From positions 13,240 to 77,239 of the forward strand of contig DWWL01000076.1 in the NCBI GenBank assembly GCA_019119775.1: a stretch of 64,000 bases of DNA, in the 5' to 3' direction. The notes beneath the pieces were generated by a model that was not told the DNA's origin, ran no database searches, and was given only the letters and a program-made list of their open reading frames with translations. The stretch comes from Candidatus Lachnoclostridium pullistercoris. Lineage in GTDB: Bacteria; Bacillota; Clostridia; Lachnospirales; Lachnospiraceae. How positions within the stretch are numbered: position 1 is the first letter of the stretch; the number at the start of each line of letters is the position of its first letter. Shown here piece after piece: positions 59,005 to 64,000 of the stretch. The position numbers were made by a program, and so were the translations under genes.

Positions 59005-60150
59005 ATGAAACAGTGTCCTGTTTTTAAAAAATGCGGCGGATGCCAGTATCTGAATCTGACTTATGAGGAGCAGCTGGAAAAGAAGAAAAAGGAGCTTCAG
59101 CGGCTGCTAAAGGGAACCTGCCCCATTCACGAGGTGATAGGGATGGAAAATCCCTGGCATTACCGCAACAAGGTGCATGCGGTGTTTTCCCATGACCGGA
59201 AGGGAAATCCCATTTCCGGAGTTTATCAGGAAAACAGCCATATTGTGCTGCCGGTGGAGAGCTGCCTGATTGAGGATGAAAAGGCGGATGAGATCATCGG
59301 TACGATCCGCGGGATGTTAAAATCCTTCAAGATCAGGACGTACGACGAGGATACGGGATATGGCCTGCTGCGCCATGTGCTGGTGAAACGGGGATTTGCC
59401 ACGGGAGAGATCATGGTGGTGCTGGTGACGGCCTCCCCCGTTTTTCCTTCGCGGAATAATTTTGTGAAGGCGCTGCGGCAGAAGCACCCGGAGATCACCA
59501 CGGTGATCCAGAATATCAACGGGAGAGACACCAGCATGGTGCTGGGCGACCGGGAACAGGTTCTGTACGGAAAAGGGTATATTGAGGATATTCTCTGCGG
59601 CTGCCGTTTCCGGATCTCTGCGCGCTCATTTTACCAGGTCAACCCGGTGCAGACGGAGGTGCTGTACGCTAAAGCTATGGAATATGCGGGGCTTACGGGG
59701 AAGGAGACGGTGATAGACGCCTACTGCGGGATCGGGACGATCGGGATTGTGGCCAGCAGAAGGGCGAAGCAGGTGACTGGCGTGGAGTTAAATCCTGATG
59801 CTGTCCGGGACGCCGTCAGAAATGCCAGAGCGAATAAGGCGGACAATATCCGCTTTTTCCAGGGCGACGCCGGCGATTTCCTCCAGAAAATGGCGGCGAA
59901 TGGGGAAAAAGCCGATGTGGTCTTCATGGACCCGCCCAGAAGCGGCAGCACGGAGCGCTTCATGGCCGCGGCCGCGGCCATGGGGCCGGAGCGGATCGTG
60001 TATGTCTCCTGCGGCCCTGACACACTGGCCCGAGATCTGAAGTACCTGAGGAAGAAAGGGTATAGAGTGGAGAAGGGAGTGGGAGTGGATTTGTTTCCGT
60101 GGACGGGACATGTGGAGACTGTCGCTCTGCTCACACGATATATTGTATAA
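59005..60150 (+). CDS. rlmD: 23S rRNA (uracil-C5)-methyltransferase, RlmD family (no TRAM domain)
   Basis: CPVFKKCGGC Fe-S motif, SFYQVN, DAYCGIG, DPPRSG, YVSC, HVETV. Confidence 0.92.
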   Translation: MKQCPVFKKCGGCQYLNLTYEEQLEKKKKELQRLLKGTCPIHEVIGMENPWHYRNKVHAVFSHDRKGNPISGVYQENSHIVLPVESCLIEDEKADEIIGTIRGMLKSFKIRTYDEDTGYGLLRHVLVKRGFATGEIMVVLVTASPVFPSRNNFVKALRQKHPEITTVIQNINGRDTSMVLGDREQVLYGKGYIEDILCGCRFRISARSFYQVNPVQTEVLYAKAMEYAGLTGKETVIDAYCGIGTIGIVASRRAKQVTGVELNPDAVRDAVRNARANKADNIRFFQGDAGDFLQKMAANGEKADVVFMDPPRSGSTERFMAAAAAMGPERIVYVSCGPDTLARDLKYLRKKGYRVEKGVGVDLFPWTGHVETVALLTRYIV

Positions 60151-60672
60151 ATGCAATATAAAAAGATATAAATAACACAAGATATAGTTGCTTGCGGAAA
60201 CATATTTTTGGGCAAAAGTAAGGGCAAAATGCCCGTAAATAAGGGAAAATAGTGAAGATGGGGTGTGGATAAGCATCCCATTTTTGCTGTTTTATAGGTG
60301 GATATTTTGGCCGGAATAAAGGTATGCTTAGAGATTTTCAGAATGGATATGTTGGGAATGTGGTGTGTTTCTTTATTTTACGGAATGTATATCAGTTTCC
60401 ACAGAGTGAAGAGGGGTAAGAAATAATGGCAGGATAACGGACTTATGCGAAAATGTTTTCTTTTGCTAGAAAGTATTGAATAATCTGAAAAAAGTATTTA
60501 TTTGTTTTGAAAGTGAAGATAAAGGAATTCTTACTCTCAGAGGATTAAAACAAAAGGGGGATATTGCTGCAAATGAAAGCTTCCCTATTCGGATATTGCT
60601 TATCTATAATCATATTTTTCAATCAAGATCAGTAATTTCAGATTGCCAGCCAAAATAGACACCAGTGCCATC

Positions 60673-60895
60673 TTAGGCGGACAGTGCAGGACAAATTATC
60701 CGACCAGACACAAACCATTATTCCACGATGTTTTGTCATGAGTCTATATCGTACATGATTACCTGGCAAAACAGGTAAACACTCGCCAGTGGCAGATTTG
60801 TCTAGGTAGATGATACTATTATGTGTTATTCATGTAAAGAATCTTTCGCAGCATAATGGTTTGTGTTCAGGTATGTTTCCTCGCTGTCCGCTTAA
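60673..60895 (+). other. ~220-nt rod-like imperfect hairpin (ncRNA or ssDNA origin/promoter)
   Basis: Four nested inverted-repeat pairs; non-Watson-Crick pairs in the stems are G-U/G-T on the + strand. Confidence 0.7.
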
Positions 60896-61044
60896 TACGG
60901 CCTGCTGTCCGCAAAAACGCTTGCTAAATTCTATGTGGTGAGTTTATTTCTATAAATGTATAGAAATTACTTAACATCCGCACCTGCAATTAATTACAAC
61001 TGTACATATCAATCAAATCTGGTATAATATATTTTGGAGGGATA

Positions 61045-61308
61045 ATGCTTATGAACAATAATTTTGATTATGGACATTTTGATATTGTCCTTGCCGATTA
61101 TTTAAGAGAAAAAGGGATAAGCAAGAATCAACTTTCAGGCAAAGCAAATTTACAACGAACGCAATTGAATTCATATTGTAAAAATAACATTAAAAGGCCG
61201 GATCTTGACGTTCTTGCTCGTATATGCTATGCGCTGGACTGCGATTTATCGGATATAATCCGTTACGTTCACCCTAAGAATAGAAATGGAGAGAATAATA
61301 ATGACTGA
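61045..61308 (+). CDS. XRE/Cro HTH regulator (possible RM controller)
   Basis: KGISKNQLSGKANLQRTQLNSYC..LARICYALDC; GGAGG RBS; overlaps next gene. Confidence 0.88.
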   Translation: MLMNNNFDYGHFDIVLADYLREKGISKNQLSGKANLQRTQLNSYCKNNIKRPDLDVLARICYALDCDLSDIIRYVHPKNRNGENNND

Positions 61309-63322
61309 TACAAAAGTAATTGTTATACCGGATGGAAAGATCTGTGATTATATTGATGGTAAGTTCAGAAATGATACCCCTGAAGAATATGTTAGGCAGA
61401 CTATTGAAAAACGTCTTGTAAACGAACACAAGTATTTACCTTCGCAAATAAGGATTGAATATACATTGCAAGTTGGTTCCAATAAACCAAGAGCTGATAT
61501 TGTAATTTGGGATAAGGATGTTACTGAGCAGACGCAGGGTACTATTAAATTAATTATTGAATGTAAGAAAGAGACTGTAGATGCACGGAATGCTAAAGAT
61601 GGAATTGCGCAGTTACAGTCTTATATGTCTGTTTGTCCAAATTGTGAATGGGGAATGTGGACTAATAGTATTCAAAAGTATGTATTCCGTAAATATTTGG
61701 ATGAGAATGGTAATATTTGCTTTATGGAATATAATGATATTCCTTCTGCAGATGGTAATCTTGACGAAGTCAATAGACCAAGTAGAAAGAGTCTGAAAAA
61801 TGCTTCAGATGATAATCTTCTATTTGTATTTAAGACTTGTCATAACCATATTTACGTTAATGATGGTATGCAGAAACAACCTGCATTTTTTGAATTACTT
61901 AAAGTGATTTTTTGCAAAATAGAGGATGAGCGTAATATACCTAATCCATTGGAATTCTATACTACATCTGAAGAACGTTCAAATCCGGATGGTCAATTAA
62001 CAGTTCAGAAGCGTATTTCTAAGATTTTTGAAAAGGTTAAAAAGCGTCATGGAAAAATATTTGATACTAATGATGAAATAAAGCTAACTCCACGTAGCCT
62101 TGCTTATATTGTTAGCGAATTACAGAGATATAGTTTGTTAAATACAAACATTGATATTAAGGGTAAAGCATATGAGGAAATTGTAGGCGCAAATTTGCGT
62201 GGGGATCGAGGCGAGTTTTTTACACCTCGAAATGTTATGAAGATGGTCGTTGAGATGATCAACCCTAAAATAGATGAACGAGTGTTGGATAGTTCGTGTG
62301 GAACTGGTGGCTTTTTAGTAACCGCAATGACACATGTAATTAATCAATTGGAGAAAAGTTTTTCGGAACAGATAGGTTCGTCAAAACAGGAATGGGATGC
62401 TGATTCTATAAGAACATTTCAAGATAAAATCTCGGAAATGGCTTCCACCAATTTCTTTGGATTTGATATTAATCCAGATCTTGTTAAAGCTACTAAGATG
62501 AATATGGTTATGAATAATGATGGAAGTGGGAATATACTCCAGACAAATTCCCTTTTACCACCTCATGAATGGACGGATGAGTTTAAAACACGGTTAGCAG
62601 ATGCGTTAGGTATCAAAAAGAGTGATATTCGAAACCATAACACTATTTCATATTTTAACGTTATTGTTACGAATCCGCCTTTTGGTAGTAAGATTCCAAT
62701 TAAAGATAAGGCAATTCTTGAACAGTTTGAATTAGCTCATATTTGGGAGAATGATAAGACGACTGGTACTTGGAAAATGACAGATCGTTTGCAATCATCA
62801 GTTCCGCCGGAAATACTTTTTATTGAGCGTTGTACACAATTCCTAGTTCCTGGTGGGAGAATGGGGATTGTATTGCCAGATTCTATTCTTGGGGCTCCTG
62901 GTCTGGGGTATATACGGGAGTGGATAATTAAAAATCATAGAATTATTGCAAGCATTGATTTACACGCAGATACTTTCCAGCCAGGAAATGGGACACAAAC
63001 CTCTGTATTGTTTTTACAAAAAAAGACAAAAGAGCAGAAAGACGCTGAAGAAAAAACAGGTGCTATGGCGGATTATAATATTTTTATGGCAATGATTGAA
63101 AAGGTCGGCCATGATAAACGTGGAAATCCTATTTTTAAGCATGATAAAGAAGGAAATGAGATTTTAGTTCCCGATACAAATAGTGTATTAGTTTTGGGTG
63201 AAACTGGTGAAGGCTCTCGAACTATAGCACATCAACAAAAAAAGAAAATTGAAGATGACCAGACTCCAGATGTTCCCCCAATTTTTTCCGAATGGAAAGT
63301 GCAGGAGGGATTGTCATGGTAA
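61301..63322 (+). CDS. Fused HsdR_N-type nuclease + N6-adenine methyltransferase (Type IIB/IIG-like RM)
   Basis: TPEEYVRQ, RADIVIW..IIECKK (PD-(D/E)xK); GEFFTPR, DSSCGTGGFL, NPPF. Confidence 0.88.
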   Translation: MTDTKVIVIPDGKICDYIDGKFRNDTPEEYVRQTIEKRLVNEHKYLPSQIRIEYTLQVGSNKPRADIVIWDKDVTEQTQGTIKLIIECKKETVDARNAKDGIAQLQSYMSVCPNCEWGMWTNSIQKYVFRKYLDENGNICFMEYNDIPSADGNLDEVNRPSRKSLKNASDDNLLFVFKTCHNHIYVNDGMQKQPAFFELLKVIFCKIEDERNIPNPLEFYTTSEERSNPDGQLTVQKRISKIFEKVKKRHGKIFDTNDEIKLTPRSLAYIVSELQRYSLLNTNIDIKGKAYEEIVGANLRGDRGEFFTPRNVMKMVVEMINPKIDERVLDSSCGTGGFLVTAMTHVINQLEKSFSEQIGSSKQEWDADSIRTFQDKISEMASTNFFGFDINPDLVKATKMNMVMNNDGSGNILQTNSLLPPHEWTDEFKTRLADALGIKKSDIRNHNTISYFNVIVTNPPFGSKIPIKDKAILEQFELAHIWENDKTTGTWKMTDRLQSSVPPEILFIERCTQFLVPGGRMGIVLPDSILGAPGLGYIREWIIKNHRIIASIDLHADTFQPGNGTQTSVLFLQKKTKEQKDAEEKTGAMADYNIFMAMIEKVGHDKRGNPIFKHDKEGNEILVPDTNSVLVLGETGEGSRTIAHQQKKKIEDDQTPDVPPIFSEWKVQEGLSW

Positions 63323-64000
63323 ATAATAATCTTGCATTACAGACACATATTTCTAAACCTGAAATAGAAATTCAGGAATCTCCAGTAAAATGGTGTTCTG
63401 TTTCATTAGGTGATGTGGTATCACGAGGTAAAAGGTTAGAAGCAAGTGTATATGACACTGAATCAAAACGAGCATATCAACTAATTAAAAACGGAAAGTT
63501 TTCTACAGTAAATTTGATTGGAGAAGATGGATTTGTAGAAAAGGCACATTACGGTGGAAGACTTAAACGGAATTACGTTGACAGAACACATGAAAATGTA
63601 GTGGGATTTATTGGAAGTTCAGAAATGCTAGATATTAACCCGCGTCCTGTAAAGTATATGGTAGATTCAGAACGAGTTAAAGACTTGCATGTAAAAGAAA
63701 ATACCGTCTTAATTTCACGTTCTGGAACAATTGGAAACATGTCATTTGTAAATAAGACTTTATCAAAGTTTTTAATCAGTGAACATGCAATGAGATTAGA
63801 ATGTCGTTATGCTCCAGGATATGTGTATGCTTTCCTTAAAACTAAAACGGGACAAGCTATGATACGTTCTAATATTTATGGGGCTGTAATTTCACAAGTT
63901 GAACCAGAACATTTGGCAACAATACCTATCCCTAAGGCGACAGATAATATTATTAACAAAATTAATGATTTGATTTTGGACTCATACAAATTAAGGGACG
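63316..64000 (+). CDS. RM specificity (HsdS-like) subunit, partial
   Basis: ORF not in track, open to window end: MVNNNLAL..RLEASVY..VLISRSGTIG..YGAVISQVEPEHLATIPIP; GGAGG RBS. Confidence 0.88.
   Translation, partial: MVNNNLALQTHISKPEIEIQESPVKWCSVSLGDVVSRGKRLEASVYDTESKRAYQLIKNGKFSTVNLIGEDGFVEKAHYGGRLKRNYVDRTHENVVGFIGSSEMLDINPRPVKYMVDSERVKDLHVKENTVLISRSGTIGNMSFVNKTLSKFLISEHAMRLECRYAPGYVYAFLKTKTGQAMIRSNIYGAVISQVEPEHLATIPIPKATDNIINKINDLILDSYKLRD

Larger units (their letters stand above)
60110..64000. mobile_element. AT-rich genomic island starting at the 3' end of rlmD (continues past window)
   Basis: Abrupt GC drop right after the HVETVALL codons; RM cargo; the 3' end of rlmD/rumA is a known integration hotspot; no integrase in window. 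Confidence 0.75.

Noticed and set aside
60476-60658. 60-aa ORF, and a 23-aa minus-strand peptide beside the hairpin as a type I toxin
   Set aside because: No RBS, no recognisable motif
60673-60895. Retron msr-msd
   Set aside because: No reverse transcriptase in the window

Overview
GC-rich chromosomal segment of a spore-forming Lachnospiraceae/Clostridia-type gut bacterium. In order: DUF1846; alkD-like, map, GH lipoprotein, DUF1653, uvrC, hprK, murB, rapZ, whiA and an HPr/Crh-like gene; a tripartite tricarboxylate transporter (TTT) locus with an OmpR-type regulator, a hybrid kinase and a second TctC; dnaE, pfkA; the nusB-xseAB-ispA-dxs-tlyA-nadK-argR-recN block; a spore-coat cotJABC locus with a divergent Cys-rich microprotein; an ECF sigma operon; 6S RNA; AI-2E and SpoIID/LytB genes; a small AT-rich islet; tRNA-Pro(GGG); a mannose-family PTS operon linked to murR/murQ, a serine hydrolase and a phosphodiesterase lipoprotein; proX; rlmD. 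An AT-rich island starts at the rlmD 3' end and carries an XRE regulator, a fused nuclease-methyltransferase and a specificity subunit cut by the window edge. The most notable unexplained signals are non-coding: (1) two tandem hairpins with covarying stems and an identical 14-nt loop in the rlmD leader, (2) a ~220-nt strand-specific rod-like hairpin in the island, (3) a minus-strand-folding 26-bp hairpin in the nusB leader. The mannose-PTS/MurQ operon also looks like a non-canonical cell-wall salvage route. All calls come from reading the sequence; no searches were run.
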